DNA from: Octopus bimaculoides
Lineage: Eukaryota
Reading direction: 5' to 3'
Length of the DNA stretch: 64,000 bases
Assembly: GCF_001194135.2 (NCBI RefSeq)
Contig: NC_068995.1
Span: 468,035-532,034 of the forward strand
The notes beneath the pieces were generated by a model. It was not told the DNA's origin, made no database searches, and was given only the letters and a program-made list of their open reading frames with translations. The translations under genes were made by a program, and so were the position numbers. Shown in pieces: positions 37,370-52,375 of the stretch (positions are counted from its first letter, which is position 1; each line of letters starts with the position of its first letter).

Positions 37370-38150
37370 CAAGGTGTGATGGGTAAATTGTCGCCATTTT
37401 ATATTTTAATTTCGCGCATGCGCATCGGTTGTTTTGATTTTGTTAACTACACAGTATAGTAAGGTCAGTTGGGCACCGTCTGTGAGAAAAATAGCACTAC
37501 GATGCAATTCACTCTGCCAGAAATTTGGAAACTACATGCTGTACTGCTTGGCATTCATGCTAGAAGCTCCAATACGAACATTTCAGAGTGTTTGGGTGTC
37601 AATCTGAGGACATGTAACGAGAGTTATAAAAATCTAACATCATGGTGTTTGGAGTGATCAATAATGATGGCAACGTTATGCCTCCATTCATCTTCCCACA
37701 CGGCCTCAGACACAATATGGAGGCATACATCAAGTGCCTGAATTAAGTAGTGCCTCTCTGGGTCAAAAGGGTGGCTGCTGGAAGACCCTATGTCTGGCAA
37801 CAGGACTCTGCACCATTTCACACAAGCAGGAGAACCCAGTCATGGCTGTCAGAGAATTTCTGCAACCACATCTCTCCTAACATCTTGCATCTGACTCCTT
37901 AGGTTGCAATCCCCTTGATTATTATGTGTGGGGCGCAGTTGAGCGAGAGACCAACAAAACTTGTAACACCAAAGATGAACTGAAGGCAAGGACTATGGCA
38001 GCATTGACCAACTTAAACAAGGAAACCCCCCCAGAAGAGTAGCAAGAGATTCCGAAGTCGTCTGGAGGTCGTGGTTGAAGCCAATGGCGATTTTATTGAA
38101 TAAATTTACGCTTCAGTATTTCATATAAATGCTTCAGGTATTTCAAGATA
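37370..38150 (+). mobile_element. Internally deleted maT-like (D,D37D) Tc1/mariner element, 5' terminus present, 3' TIR absent
   Basis: TA-CAAGGTGTGATGGGTAAATTGTCGCCATTTT start; MQFTLPEIWKLHAVLLG; MVFGV..DG.VMPPFIFPHGL; YVWQQDSAP; NPLDYYVWGAVERETNK; EANGDFIE*. Spacing is consistent with D37D after restoring a 1-nt deletion. Confidence 0.88.
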
Positions 38151-38851
38151 CTTTCATTTTTTGTGCCAAGGCATTAAAGAGCGAACTATGCATACATACA
38201 TATCAAGCATATTGGTATATACCTTCAAGATATCTGGCGTTGCCCAGGAAACAGTCGCTAATTTCTTCAAAAACAAGTGGATTCTGAAGAGATATTTTAT
38301 TCAAAACGGGTTATAATTTTTCTAATACTGATACGGATATTGTTGGGCGAGAGAAGAGGATGAAGTGAACTGATTTCAGCCAAAAAGCGAACCAGAAATA
38401 GAGTTATCTATATATTATAATGTATACATACATCAGACACATATACACATATAAGTAGGTTGATCCAGTAGTCTGGTGTATTAGCGAGATACCGTGGCTT
38501 TTACAGACTGAAAAAAGATATAGTTTGCTACCTGATAAAACGACCACACGTCGGGGGAAACACCAAAGTAACAGCCTGCTTGCACCCGGCTAAATAAGTT
38601 CTATGCTCTACTGTGGTATTGAGTGCTTTTCTCCCCCCCCCCCCAGTTAAAGCAAACGATATAAGCGTATGATATATAAGCGTATGTCTTGAATATGTAT
38701 ATATATATATATATATGTGTGTGTATGTGTTTATGTACATATCCATGAAGATTAGATAGTTTTGGTAAGAGGCAAAGCTCCAAGAGAAACACGCCATTGG
38801 TGAATATGATTCAACTGTGAAGAATTTGGTTCTATACAGTGGCATTATTAC

Positions 38852-38892
<41 letters not shown>

Positions 38893-40191
38893 ATATATAT
38901 ACATATACACACACATATGATTATATTTATGTATGTATACATGCCGTCGAATAATGCGTGTGTTTGTGTGTATATATACATGCCGTCTGCAAAAAGGACT
39001 TCCTGATCACAAATCAAGCTGTTTGTTTGGAGTATAAAATGACAAACAAGACCTTGTGTGTATATTGACGTTGTCTGGAGAATGTTTACCTCAGAAATAA
39101 ACATAAACATACATACTAACACAGAGATGCCCCCACACACGCACACACACAGATACACATATATAAATACACATAGACACATGTGTACATAAACACATCT
39201 GTACGTACTACCACACCGAGATACATACATAAGTACAGTGGAGGGAGCACACGAATACATGTACATATACGAGTGTTATATAAACACACGAACCGATGCA
39301 CTGACAAATATTGAAATATCCTGCATCATTACATATGTATATTTACGTAATCTATGATTATTTATTATAATATCATTATTTAGTATAATTGTATGTAGAG
39401 ACACACCCCCGATCTGTACGTCAGTGCACGCGCACTTGCATAATAGAAGACGCGCTTAACTCCTTGCATATCTGTGTCTGAACACACACACACGTGTATT
39501 ATATATATATATATATATATACATACACGCACACACACACACACACGCAGAAAGCAAGATAAGTACGCACACAGGCACAAAGATATGTATATGATACGCG
39601 TATATATATATGTATGGACGTATGTGTGTGTTTGCATACATAAATTTATTTATTTATTCTTTAGAGCGGCGATTCAATTGCTTTGAGTTTCATGCCAATA
39701 TTTTTATCAAACATATGTGTATGAGTGTGTGTCTTTGTAAGTATATGTATGTAAATATACAGTTTGTATATGCGTGTTTCTGTAGGTATATGTGAGTATG
39801 TATATATACATATATATANNNNNNNNNNNNNNNNNNNNNNNNNNNNNNNNNNNNNNNNNNNNNNNNNNNNNNNNNNNNNNNNNNNNNNNNNNNNNNNNNN
39901 NNNNNNNNNNNNNNNNNNNNNNNNNNNNNNNNNNNNNNNNNNNNNNNNNNNNNNNNNNNNNNNNNNNNNNNNNNNNNNNNNNNNNNNNNNNNNNNNNNNN
40001 NNNNNNNNNNNNNNNNNNNNNNNNNNNNNNNNNNNNNNNNNNNNNNNNNNNNNNNNNNNNNNNNNNNNNNNNNNNNNNNNNNNNNNNNNNNNNNNNNNNN
40101 NNNNNNNNNNNNNNNNNNNNNNNNNNNNNNNNNNNNNNNNNNNNNNNNNNNNNNNNNNNNNNNNNNNNNNNNNNNNNNNNNNNNNNNNNNN

Positions 40192-40229
<38 letters not shown>

Positions 40230-40231
<2 letters not shown>

Positions 40232-40598
40232 TTGCGCGCGCAATGGAAGTGGGAGTTTTTGTGAATTCTTTTTTGTCGTGTTTCAGCTGTTTTTTTGCTG
40301 TTTTTTGACCTTTGAATATTTAAAAGATTTTTTACCTATTTTTATTTCTTTTATTTTTGCTTTATTTTCTATGTTTGTTTCTGTTGTTTTGCATCTTTGT
40401 TCGCTTACTATGTGGGTTTATTTTTTGATTTGGTTGGTTATTTTGTTGGTCAGTTATTTTTAGCGTTTTGACAGAAAAAGGTCATCCTAAAATTGCTTTT
40501 TAACGTAAGGGTGTCCAAATAATTCGAATGCTTACACAGAACAAGTTTTACAGCCACATCATCCAAATCGACCGGGTGAAACCGGGTTTAGCTGCTAG
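40230..40598 (+). mobile_element. Non-autonomous Helitron 3' part with terminus
   Basis: Ends accgggtgaaaccgggtttagctgCTAG followed by T: a CCGG/CCGG subterminal hairpin plus CTAG. The 5' extent is uncertain because of the gap upstream. Confidence 0.6.
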
Positions 40599-40630
<32 letters not shown>

Positions 40631-40729
40631 AATACATGTTTATATATACGCATAAATACATGTATATATACATACACATAGATGCATGTATATATACACA
40701 CATAAATACATGTATATATATATGCATGA

Positions 40730-40762
<33 letters not shown>

Positions 40763-40793
40763 TACATACAATATACAGACTCCTATATGAGCA

Positions 40794-40887
<94 letters not shown>

Positions 40888-41178
40888 TATATATGTATAT
40901 CTATCTACCTATTTGTCTATATTTATCAGTCTGTCCGTGTACCTATGTATGTATGTATTATCTATTTGTCTCTCTCTCTCTCTTTCTATATATATATATA
41001 TATATATATTCAAACAAACATATTTATACATACCTAATATATACTTCTATATATACTTATATATACTGATACATATAAGTATATTTTGCTCAACAGGCTT
41101 TCAGACTTGGCAATAGAATGCAGCTGAAAATTATTCTTAACAGGAAGCCAAAATGTTTTAATGCAAAATGGCATGCAG

Positions 41179-41235
<57 letters not shown>

Positions 41236-41377
41236 TTGTGTATACACATATATGTATGTGTATATATTCATGAAATTTATATACAGACATATGTATATAT
41301 ATATATATATAAGGTTGTACTTGTATGTGCATGTGCATATATGTATATATGTGTGTGTGGATGTCTGTGAATGTATG

Positions 41378-41434
<57 letters not shown>

Positions 41435-42214
41435 ATGTGTGAATAAGTCTGTATATTATACTATATTTACCTATGCTGCATACCTGTATTCCATTACATA
41501 AACATTCATTTTTTTTTTTTTTGAAAATGAAATTGTAATAAAAGAAAATATTAAAAAATCGACAGCGAAAAATATATTTAAAAAAAATATCGAAATATCA
41601 CGCGCTTTTGCAACACTAAACAATAACTACAACAGCCATGGACACGACTACAATAACCACCACTACGAATAACAACAACAATTTCTACAGCAACTCCCTG
41701 CAACGTAACCTTAAAATAAATTTAATATTTTGGAAGCAGCCCAATGTAAAATCTGTATAATGTATCTAAATCAAGAAACAGGAAGAAATTAAGCACTATT
41801 TATTTCATGTTGGTTAGGCAACTCCCTTCTTGTGTACGGAACGAAAGCAAATATACAATCTATGGTGGAAGTCCGATGAATTATGAGCAAAAACAAGAGC
41901 CAAAAATTATCGTACGTCAGCAAAACGCCGTAATGGCCGCCGACGCCATTACGGCAGCAGCAGCAGCTCTCAGAACCATTTCCATGGTTGTTAATGATTT
42001 TTTTTTTTAGTGTGTGTGTGTGAGAGTCAAATTCTGAATGCTGAGGAAACAGTTTAAGATTTTATAACTTTTGCCAATTCCGAGTGTCAAGAATTTAATC
42101 TTACAATTATTCCGACACTAATTTTCTGTAAACAGATTGTTTTCCATATAATTTACTTTCTTTTCTCTCCGTATGTTATAATTATCATCATCAAGATTAT
42201 TTTTCTGCTCTTTC

Positions 42215-42552
42215 AGTTGAAATCCCGCCGAGTTCGGATTCGATAAAATAAAGTGTCAGACAAGAACTGGGGGTCGATGGTTTCCACTACTCCCCCCTCC
42301 CCTCAGCACTTCTGGCCTTGTGCCTAAATCAGAAGCTTTTAAAGGCAGTGAATTGGCTGAATTGTTAGCGCGTCGGAAAAATGTTTAGCACCATTTCTTC
42401 CGATTCCTTACGGTCTGAGTTCAAATTCCACTCAGGCTAACTTTACCTTTGCTGTCCAGACAATAACTACCAGTTGAGTACTGCGCTGCATATATTCGAC
42501 TTCTTCGTTCCCTCAAATTTATCAAATTTGTGTCAAAACTAGAAAGAATTAT
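42215..42552 (+). mobile_element. Two tandem degenerate SINE family 1 copies (3' half 42215-42337; full 42341-42552)
   Basis: aaggcagtgaattggctgaattgttagc, ctgagttcaaattcc and ctagaaagaattatt correspond to the family head, B-box and tail. Confidence 0.72.
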
Positions 42553-42699
42553 TACAACAAAAGCGTATATCATTTCAGTTAATTTGGATGTGAGGATCTT
42601 GTAGGTGGTGTTGGGACGTGTTGTTGGTCGGTAGTTCTTTGAATTGTATCATTATCATTAATGTTGTTGTTGGTGGTGGTGTATTATGATTATTGTTAT

Positions 42700-42950
42700 T
42701 ATTATTGTTGAGTGAGAGAGCAGTGCATGCCACCAAAGTGAAACTGAAGTAAAATATACGAAGCCCAGTATACCCATCATGACTACCCGTCTGATAAGGG
42801 TACACCAGGCATGTGCATCACGACCATATGTGCGCGACATGGTGATCTCACATCAAGATAAACAGCGCACGACCTTGCATGTGAGGCCCAGTTAGAATTT
42901 TCTCCAGGTCGAGTAGCCCATCACGCTCAAATAATCCTGAATAAGAGTTG
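42700..42950 (-). mobile_element. Interspersed retroposon 3' end with (AAT)n tail
   Basis: Minus strand ends ...gcatgcactgctctctcactcaacaataataa. It resembles an abundant octopus repeat as I recall it (unverified). Confidence 0.45.
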
Positions 42951-42981
<31 letters not shown>

Positions 42982-43237
42982 ATATATATATATATATATG
43001 TATATATAATAGACACTCAGACACATCGATTGTGCACAGATAATAAATATCCGTTTAAAGGATGAATTACATCATATAGGAACAATACTCACACCCCCCA
43101 CACACCTATATATATATATAATGTTTAAATATTTACCTGCATCTAAGCGCATACATAGAGCTTCTGGAGATCAAAATGCAGAATACCGGAGAATAGAACA
43201 CTTTGATCTTCGCAATCTATATTTAGGAGGACATATC

Positions 43238-43312
<75 letters not shown>

Positions 43313-43703
43313 GAAAGAGAGAGAGTGAGTGAGAGTATTAGTGTGTGTGTACGTGTGTATGTGTGGGGGTACATAGATGAAAATATACACTCGTATAACT
43401 ATGCACACATCAATCATACGTTTAGCTTCCTACATCAATCATGTTTCCAGTTGTTCTTGCAAATTCTTCCTTCAAGTCACAAGATATTTGACTGCTTCTG
43501 CGCACAATATACACACTCATATACACACGCAATATATATATATATATATANNNNNNNNNNNNNNNNNNNNNNNNNNNNNNNATATATACACACTAACACC
43601 ACGCTAGGAGAGGTTTTGAGGCGTTGCCCGGCGCTAATATGTAAGGATATTTTTACACTTGAATAACCTACTTGATTTAAATTTCGTTTTGTCTTGCTTT
43701 TGT

Positions 43704-43755
<52 letters not shown>

Positions 43756-44449
43756 CGATACAGATATTGATATTCACAAATGCAATCATATCTGTAAAGT
43801 TGTACGTTTTCTATGATGAGCAAAGCTTTTCTATGTATGTTAATAATTCGAATGTGTGACCTGAATTGCGAAAAAACTATATTTATGTGATTTATTATAT
43901 TTTCTTGTAATTATAAATTTATATTGCCACACATAAAAGAAACTAGCAATTCTAAAAGAAATGTGTTATATTCAGTAAGAACTCTAGAGTAAGCAAGAAT
44001 TCTTGCCATACAGTTTGATGTTATGGTAGAAAAATGTCAGCTCCAACAAGCAGGCTGGCCATTAGGAAAAACGTTGGAGGTTCAACTCCACTAACACGCT
44101 GATGTCAGTGAGACTTGTTAAGGGCCACAGGACAAGACAATATCACTGAAAACTGAATGCGCTTCAACCGCTTGGTTGTGATTCGAAAAAAAAACAAAAA
44201 AAACGAAGATGCAAAGATCTTCTTAACTATCATACATAACCAAACTTGCCCCTGTTAAAACATTTATAAAATATATCGATTTGTCACAGCCTAATCTTCG
44301 TATATTACTGGTATATATTTTATTGACCCAGGAAGGGAATAAGTTAAAATAGATCTCAGCCAGATTTGAAATAAGATATAAAGTTACATAATTAAATGTT
44401 TCGCGGAATATACACTGTTTCGCCAATGTTTCCTCCACTCACTGTTATG

Positions 44450-44496
<47 letters not shown>

Positions 44497-44626
44497 TGCT
44501 GATATATATGCATTTTTATGTACATATGTATGTAGACGTATATATTCATACATACGCATATGCACACTTATAAATAACCGCATATATATATTTTTTTAAA
44601 ATTACACTCATGCGTATAAATATGTA

Positions 44627-44671
<45 letters not shown>

Positions 44672-45474
44672 GCATACAAACACACACGTGCTACCCATCC
44701 GAATCTAGCCAGATTCTAAAAATATATGAACAAGTGAAAAACAAGAAAATTTAATCTGTATTTTAATTAAATTTCTTCTCTTTTTCTCTCACTTGGCTCC
44801 AAGAATGGGTTAATCTTCAACAACAAACGAAGAAGCGCAAAAAAAATAAAACAAAATATTTACAAATGAAACAAAAAACATTAAAACATTCTTCGTGTTC
44901 CTTTCCTGCTGTTGTTTCCGAGAGGAATATCTAGATTTTTCTGTGAGCTTAGCATTCTCCGGTTGGTATAATTTTGTTGTTATATCAAAAGGAATTTTTC
45001 AGTGATTGTAACGAAGTTTAAGTTACACCCCGCCATAGCATAACGATGCCCAAGATGTGGACCATATGTTGGAACAATATAGACACCTTATTTGACTTAT
45101 ATATAACAATATGAAAAGAATCTTCAACTCAGTAATGTTTTTGTTATGGCTGATGTTGTTATTGTTCTTGTTCTTCCTCAAACACTGCCTTCGAGATCGT
45201 TGCCTCTCGTGCTTCTGGACTCGATGAAATTAAGTGCCATTCAACTTATATAACACTAGTAGTAATACCCGTCGTTGATCGGTTAATTACTTTTACTCTT
45301 TCTCGGGAGACACATTCAAAGAGATTTACTCCTCTTGTTTGTGTGTATTTTATAAGAAAAAAACATGCAGCAATTGAAGTAGAAAAAAAGATCAATTTCA
45401 TACACGAACTTCTGTTTGTTTATTATATGACAATAATAAGTGAGTTGCATGTATTATTTTATATATCAATACAG

Positions 45475-45559
45475 TAATGGCAATTAGATACAATCTAGAT
45501 ACAATTTGGACGACCTGCTGTGGTTGCTCAATGTCTACCCTGGCACCAGCATTGGCTAT
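45475..45559 (+). CDS. Candidate exon B (MAIRYNLDTIWTTCCGCSMSTLAPALA)
   Basis: 85 nt, acceptor tatatcaatacag|, donor AT|GTGAGA, single open frame, phase 1-2. Joins exon A (G+TA = Val) and exon C (AT+G = Met) in frame. Confidence 0.3.
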
Positions 45560-45752
45560 GTGAGAACCACAACGACCCATGCATTTTCATTCTGGTTTTT
45601 TCACATAAATTCGTTTCATTTTGAAACTGAACAATCAGCTGTGTTTAGTTTAAGGGTCAACCAATGCATAACCGTGAGTTTCTTTGCACTCGGCAAGAAA
45701 TGGAAACAAAATTGAAAAGAAAAATCATAGTAGTAGTAGTAATTTTTTTTTT

Positions 45753-45953
45753 TATTATAGACGCAAGGCCTGAAATTTTGGGGGCGAGGCTAAATCGATT
45801 ACATAGACCCAGTGGTCAAATGGTGCTTATTTTATCGAACCCCGAAAGAGACAAAAGACATAGTCGAACGTGGCGGAATTTGAACTTTGAACGTAAAGAG
45901 CGAGAAATTCAGCGAAGAATTTTTTTCTCCGATGCGTTTACGACTCTGCCAGC
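45753..45953 (-). mobile_element. SINE family 1, near full-length
   Basis: Reverse complement aligns with the 46872 copy (gttcaaagttcaaattccgccacgttcgac, gataaaataagcacc, aaatttcaggccttgcgtc). Confidence 0.85.
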
Positions 45954-46140
45954 ATAGTAATTGGTGACGGTCCTTGGCGGCTTCAGTTAAGATCTTGCAG
46001 TGTTTAACTTTGCTTCCGTCTTTTCAGTCATCCGGTGTATGTGTATGGGCATTAACCAGTGTGTCTGTATGGTGTAGATGTGTACATGTGAGTAGATGTG
46101 AATATGTGCACATGTTAAGCGTATGTGTCTGTGTCTGTAT

Positions 46141-46183
<43 letters not shown>

Positions 46184-46733
46184 TGTATGCTAGGTTTTCA
46201 TGTGCGTATGTATGTGAGAGTTTGTACGTGTATGTGCGTGTGTGTGTGTGTGTGTGTGCATAGTTATGTGAGAGACGTTTATATCTCAAAGTCTAACAAT
46301 GCTTGGAGTGTAAAACAAGATCTGAAGAATGTCTGAAGGACAGACCAGAGAATGCGAGGTTGTTAACCTTTTCTGTTGTTGTTGGTGTTGGTGTTGTTGC
46401 AAATGTTATTTCCATTGTCGTCGCTTTTTTTTATATATTCTCATTGTTCGTGTTATTGCTAGTGTTCCCCACCCCCACCCCATGTATACTCGCATTCAAT
46501 TCTTCTGTAAACGCTTTTTACCATTTATACCCTTTACTTATCCCTGCAATCTATGTAGATCCCCAAATTTTCTGTCTCACTTTATATCCTACCCCTTATC
46601 CATCGCCCTGATGAGAAATAAAATAAATCATCATATTCTTCTTATTATTCTTATTCTTCTTCTTCTTCTTCTTATTATTATTATTATTATTATTAGTAGT
46701 AGTATTAGTAGTAGTAGTATTATTAGTAGTAGT

Positions 46734-46869
<136 letters not shown>

Positions 46870-46871
46870 TT

Positions 46872-47092
46872 AAGGCGGCGAGCTGGCAGAAACGTTAGCA
46901 TGCCGGGCGAAATGCTTAGCGGTATTTCGTCTGTCTTTACGTTCTGAGTTCAAATTCCGCCGAAGTCGACTTTGCCTTTCATCCTTTCGGAGTCGATAAA
47001 TTAAGTACCAGTTGCGTGCTGGGGTCGATCTAATCGACTGGTCCCCTCCCCCAAAATTTCGGGCCTTGAGCCTAGAGTAGAAAAGAATTATT
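46872..47092 (+). mobile_element. SINE family 1, full-length, best preserved copy
   Basis: A-box-like CTGGCAGAAACGTTAGC, B-box GAGTTCAAATTCC, central gtcgactttgcctttcatcctttcggagtcgataaattaagtaccag, tail agtagaaaagaattatt. The central part may be the Meta/MESC-type SINE domain (recollection, unverified). Confidence 0.92.
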
Positions 47093-47702
47093 CTTATTGA
47101 TGTGACGATCAACTTTTCGTCCGTCACTGCTCCGTCCGTTGGTTGCCCCGCCCTCTCCACGCTCACCCACGAACTTTAGTACAAGGGGAAAAGGAAAGAG
47201 AAAACGGAATTAATAAACAAAATATTATATGGAAATAAACAAAATGTCAAAACAACAAACAGGAATTAGTAAACAGGAAATGCCAATACAACAACAACAA
47301 CAACAACAAGAAATAGAAAAAGAGCAGCGACAACGGCAACAACAAGCACAACAACAATTCCTACACCAACAAGAGTAGCGACATCATTGAACGACCACAG
47401 CAACAGCAACAACAATAGTATGAGATTCATAAATATATGAGAGGGAAATTCATATCCGAGACGGTAACAACAACAACAACAACAACGAAAATATTACAGT
47501 AAAAAAAAAATAACAACAACCACAATAGCAGCAGCAGCAGCAGCAGCAGAATTACGAACGGCATCCAAAAAAAAAAAAGAAATCCAATGCCAATAATTAA
47601 ATATAGATACGAGCTCTCCCCCACCCCCACCCAATAAGCTTGTTCCCCCACCCCAGTCGCCAAACCAGCCAGTCAGCTTACAAACCACCAACAACAAAAG
47701 TC

Positions 47703-47752
<50 letters not shown>

Positions 47753-48041
47753 TGATCAATTACATAATCACACATACATATACAAGCACAACACGCACAC
47801 ACATACATACGTATTGATACATGCATATAAATATATAGCTATATAAACATATATATACTCACACACGTACACACACACACATATACATACATAGCATGTG
47901 TATAATATACACGCATACACACTTAGATGACAAAGTATTCCACTTATTTTGTTTGAGAATCAACCTGACTTAATGAATAAAGTGTTGATTTGGCATTGGG
48001 GCAAGTTGCTGTGTAGGCTGGTTTGTCGGTGGGTGTGCATC

Positions 48042-48079
<38 letters not shown>

Positions 48080-48171
48080 TAATACATATGGACACAGATA
48101 GGTGCATATATATCTGTATGTATAAATATGATATATGCTTACATATGTGTGTGTGTAGAGAGAGAGAGAGA

Positions 48172-48203
<32 letters not shown>

Positions 48204-49351
48204 CTGAGAAAGAAAGCGTTAAATAGCAAAAGATATGTGGGTGTATATATATCTATGCGTACGCATTTCCACACACTCGCCCACATAAACACTCACGCAG
48301 ATGTACATGCGTACATATATACACCCGATGTGCGCGTGTGCGTGTTTGCAGTGTTATTTTATCACTACACGATCAAGGGAAAATGTACTCAATACAAGAT
48401 GTAGAATATATGTTTTGTAATATACACTTAACATGATCAATATCTTCCTTGATGCTAATCGGAGTTTCGGTGTGTGGCCATTTCCTCAGGTATCGCAGAC
48501 TGGTCTATTTTGAAAGTTTATTTTATCCAAGACATAGAACCCTTCGTTTGTTATCACGAGTCATGTAATCTCTGACCATGGATTTTATTGGAGGGCTCAC
48601 AGAGGAAGATGAAAAAACGCACGCGATATTGATAATCATACCCAGGGGAATTATTTTTTTATGCTTTTAAGAGACGACCTCCTTGATACCTTTTAAATAA
48701 TTTTTATTTTACTTTTATCCAATTTGTAAATCAAATTTTATTGGCATAAGGTAGATTTAAAAGGCTGAAAGCTGAATGTTTATTTGTGAAGAAATATCGA
48801 AATTAGGTGGTGTTTCTTGTTAACCTAGTATATATATATATATATATATATANNNNNNNNNNNNNNNNNNNNNNNNNNNNNNNNNNNNNNNNNNNNNNNN
48901 NNNNNNNNNNNNNNNNNNNNNNNNNNNNNNNNNNNNNNNNNNNNNNNNNNNNNNNNNNNNNNNNNNNNNNNNNNNNNNNNNNNNNNNNNNNNNNNNNNNN
49001 NNNNNNNNNNNNNNNNNNNNNNNNNNNNNNNNNNNNNNNNNNNNNNNNNNNNNNNNNNNNNNNNNNNNNNNNNNNNNNNNNNNNNNNNNNNNNNNNNNNN
49101 NNNNNNNNNNNNNNNNNNNNNNNNNNNNNNNNNNNNNNNNNNNNNNNNNNNNNNNNNNNNNNNNNNNNNNNNNNNNNNNNNNNNNNNNNNNNNNNNNNNN
49201 NNNNNNNNNNNNNNNNNNNNNNNNNNNNNNNNNNNNNNNNNNNNNNNNNNNNNNNNNNNNNNNNNNNNNNNNNNNNNNNNNNNNNNNNNNNNNNNNNNNN
49301 NNNNNNNNNNNNNNNNNNNNNNNNNNNNNNNNNNNNNNNNTAATATATGTT

Positions 49352-49391
<40 letters not shown>

Positions 49392-49701
49392 ATATATGTT
49401 TGCATATATATATATATATATATACATATATATATACACATATATACATACATACAAGCATGCACATATGTCTGTATGTACGTATGTGTGTATGTATATA
49501 TGTATAAAATATATGTGCGTGTGCTTTTTCCTATTTGCACTATGTAGGTGACTTTTGCTCTCATATTTTTTTCTGCAAATCACTGTCACGAAACATTTTC
49601 TTGTTTTTTAATGGAAATAACAAAATCTACAACAGTCCAAGTTAAAGATACTGACCAGTGCCCACAACAACTGACCACCAGAAGTATAACCATTTCGTTA
49701 T

Positions 49702-49921
49702 AAGGCGGAGAGCTGGCAGAATCGTTAGCACACCGGGCGAAATGCTTTGAGGCACTTCGTCTGTCTGCATGTTCTGAGTTCAAATTCCGGCGAGGTCGAC
49801 TTTGACTTTCCTCCTTTCGGGGTCGATAAATTAAGTACCAGTGAAACACTGGGGCCGATGTAATCGACTGGTCCCCTCCACCAAAATTTCAGGCCTTGTG
49901 CCTAGAGTAGAAAGGATTATT
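49702..49921 (+). mobile_element. SINE family 1, full-length
   Basis: Colinear with and highly similar to 46872-47092. Confidence 0.92.
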
Positions 49922-50208
49922 GCCGTTTAGCTATCCGGGCTATAATCAGGGAAATACTGCTTGGCGAGTCAGTTCGATAAACCATCATGGATGTAGGGAC
50001 TAGCGGGCTGGTGCGGGACATGTGCAAACTGGAAGGGTTAAACAGGACATGTGTGTACGCGCACACACACACACACACACATAGAAGCTACATTTTGTGT
50101 TCGAACCCAGCCGACTTACTTGTGGAGATTTACAGAATAGTTTCGCTTCACTTATATATAACGGATTCTGCTACCGTGACTCTCGTTCTACCGTATCCGT
50201 TTTGTCAG

Positions 50209-50323
50209 GAAGAGCAAACAACCCGAAGAACAAAACCGTGGAGAAAACGCCGTAGAAAAGAGAATCCGGAATCGAGTCAGGGTGCTCCCTGATGGAACAG
50301 CCCCTCATCTCCCAGCTAGTTGA
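50209..50323 (+). CDS. Candidate terminal exon C (KSKQPEEQNRGENAVEKRIRNRVRVLPDGTAPHLPAS*)
   Basis: Strong acceptor ccgtatccgttttgtcag|G, phase 2, 37 codons to TGA at 50321-50323. AATAAA at about 50755. Confidence 0.33.
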
Positions 50324-50478
50324 CCCCACCCAACTCGATTCATTCATGTTAGTGTTTATACTGTTGTTGTTGTTATTGTTACTTAATTTCTTTCGTATCT
50401 GTTTCTATGTCAGCTACACAAGATTTAGAATTTAGCTTTGCAAAATCCCCTACTCCACAACCCCCGTGCAATACAGAA

Positions 50479-50740
50479 ATTATTCTTTTTAACTCCGGTT
50501 TTGTTGGAACTCCTGGAGTCTTCTATGCATAGCGGGCTTGCTACCTGCAGCCTACAGTACCATACTATCCATTCTTTTCAACTAATTCCTTCCTGATTAT
50601 TCTGGCCATGCCAAGGGGGCAAACCTTTTGCAACAGTTCTACTTGGCATTCTATTCCCATTTCCTTTATATTCCTCTTGATGCCTTCTGATACTGTCCCC
50701 AAGGACCCAACAATAATTATTTCGAAGCAATTTAGTACAC
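50479..50740 (-). mobile_element. Third R4/Dong-like LINE relic: extreme C-terminus plus 3'UTR and AAT tail
   Basis: Minus strand 50723-50565 gives EIIIVGSLGTVSEGIKRNIKEMGIECQVELLQKVCPLGMARIIRKELVEKNG*, matching the V.P.IVG.LG / LQK..LLGTARI.RK.L ending. Terminates ...gttaaaaagaataat. Confidence 0.78.
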
Positions 50741-50759
50741 TTGATTGTCCGGATTAATA

Positions 50760-50955
50760 AAATGTCGGAAGGGATGAGTTACGGTATTTCTTCCGTATTT
50801 TTAAGGTTCTGAGTTCAAAACTCCACCGAGGTCAGCTTTGCCTTTTATCCCTCCAGGGTCGATAAAATTAGTTACCTGTCACTCTCTATCTTAAATGTAG
50901 CCGACTAAACTTCATCCCTCAAAAATGCTGGCCTTCTGCCTAAGTTAGAGACCAT
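50760..50955 (+). mobile_element. SINE family 1, degenerate
   Basis: ttctgagttcaaaactccaccgaggtcagctttgccttttatccctccagggtcgataaaattag, ending gagaccattattatt. Confidence 0.75.
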
Positions 50956-51208
50956 TATTATTACTATTATTATTATTATTATTTTCGTTGTTGTCGTTCT
51001 TGCTATTATTCTAACAAGCAGACAACATCTCTAGCACATTGCGGTTGGCTGTTTGTTTGTGAGTTGATTCAAGAATGTAATTTGAGATTTGCAATCAAGG
51101 TTTCACAGAGGCCTTATCAGGTAAGATAAAGACACACCTAGGAAATCGTGGCAAACTCACTCAACAAACTCACTCACTCACCACCCGTTACTGTCGTCTA
51201 TAGTAAAG

Positions 51209-51264
<56 letters not shown>

Positions 51265-51911
51265 ATGTATTATATATACTATATATATTATATATATTTA
51301 TTTACATTATATAATTGTGTGTGTATGTATGTGTTTACAAATTTGAAAGCATGTATGACAGTTCTGTACATATATGTGTGTATGTATACGTATATATATG
51401 TGTTTGTGTGTGTTATTTGTAAAATTACGTAATTTTTTTGTGCATGTCGAATCTGTAAGCGGAACAGTAAAAATATGCAAGTATTTATGACAGCGCAGCA
51501 CATTTTACTCTTCCTCGTTGTTGTTACCGAAATCCCAGGAATGTAGTTTTCTCCCTTTGTTAAAATAATCTTCTTTATAGGAGCAATTTGAATAATTTAA
51601 AAGAAAAGCAACTCTCACTCTCTCTCACTCACTCACTCACTCACATACATACATACATACATATATACATAATAAATATCTGTCCTCAGAATTCGATGAT
51701 GTACATCAACTTGAATTCTACATCTCGTTTTCGGTAGGGTGGAGGCGGTGCTGCACATCGTAAAATCTTGCAATTCAGCAACACGACGTGCAATACGCCA
51801 TGATTAAAACAGCAAACGATTTTGATGAACGTCTAAAGATTGTTCGGATTTTAACTGGGCTTGAATACGAAATGACGAATTATTATTTATCTGCAATGCA
51901 ATATGTAACAT

Positions 51912-51958
<47 letters not shown>

Positions 51959-52336
51959 CCATACTTGCAAACATACAAACATGCATACGCACAAACATAA
52001 ATATATGTATGAATGTATACATATAGATACACACATACACAGGTACATTTTACTCTCCTGTTCTGGCAAATAGATATTACAATGAATTTACTCATGTACT
52101 TGCATAAGTAAATGTACACGTATGTTTGTAAGCATGTTTGTATGTCTTTATGTATGTATAGTATGTGTGCTTGTATAAAATTCAGTAGATTCAACAACTC
52201 TAGATTTAGATGTAAACATCGCACAAAGAAACAACACATATATTACATAAATATGCAGCGAAACTTGATAAGACGGAAATTGTGCAGACGCCCCCCGTTT
52301 ATGCATATATATGTATGTATGTATGTGTGTGTGTGT

Positions 52337-52375
<39 letters not shown>

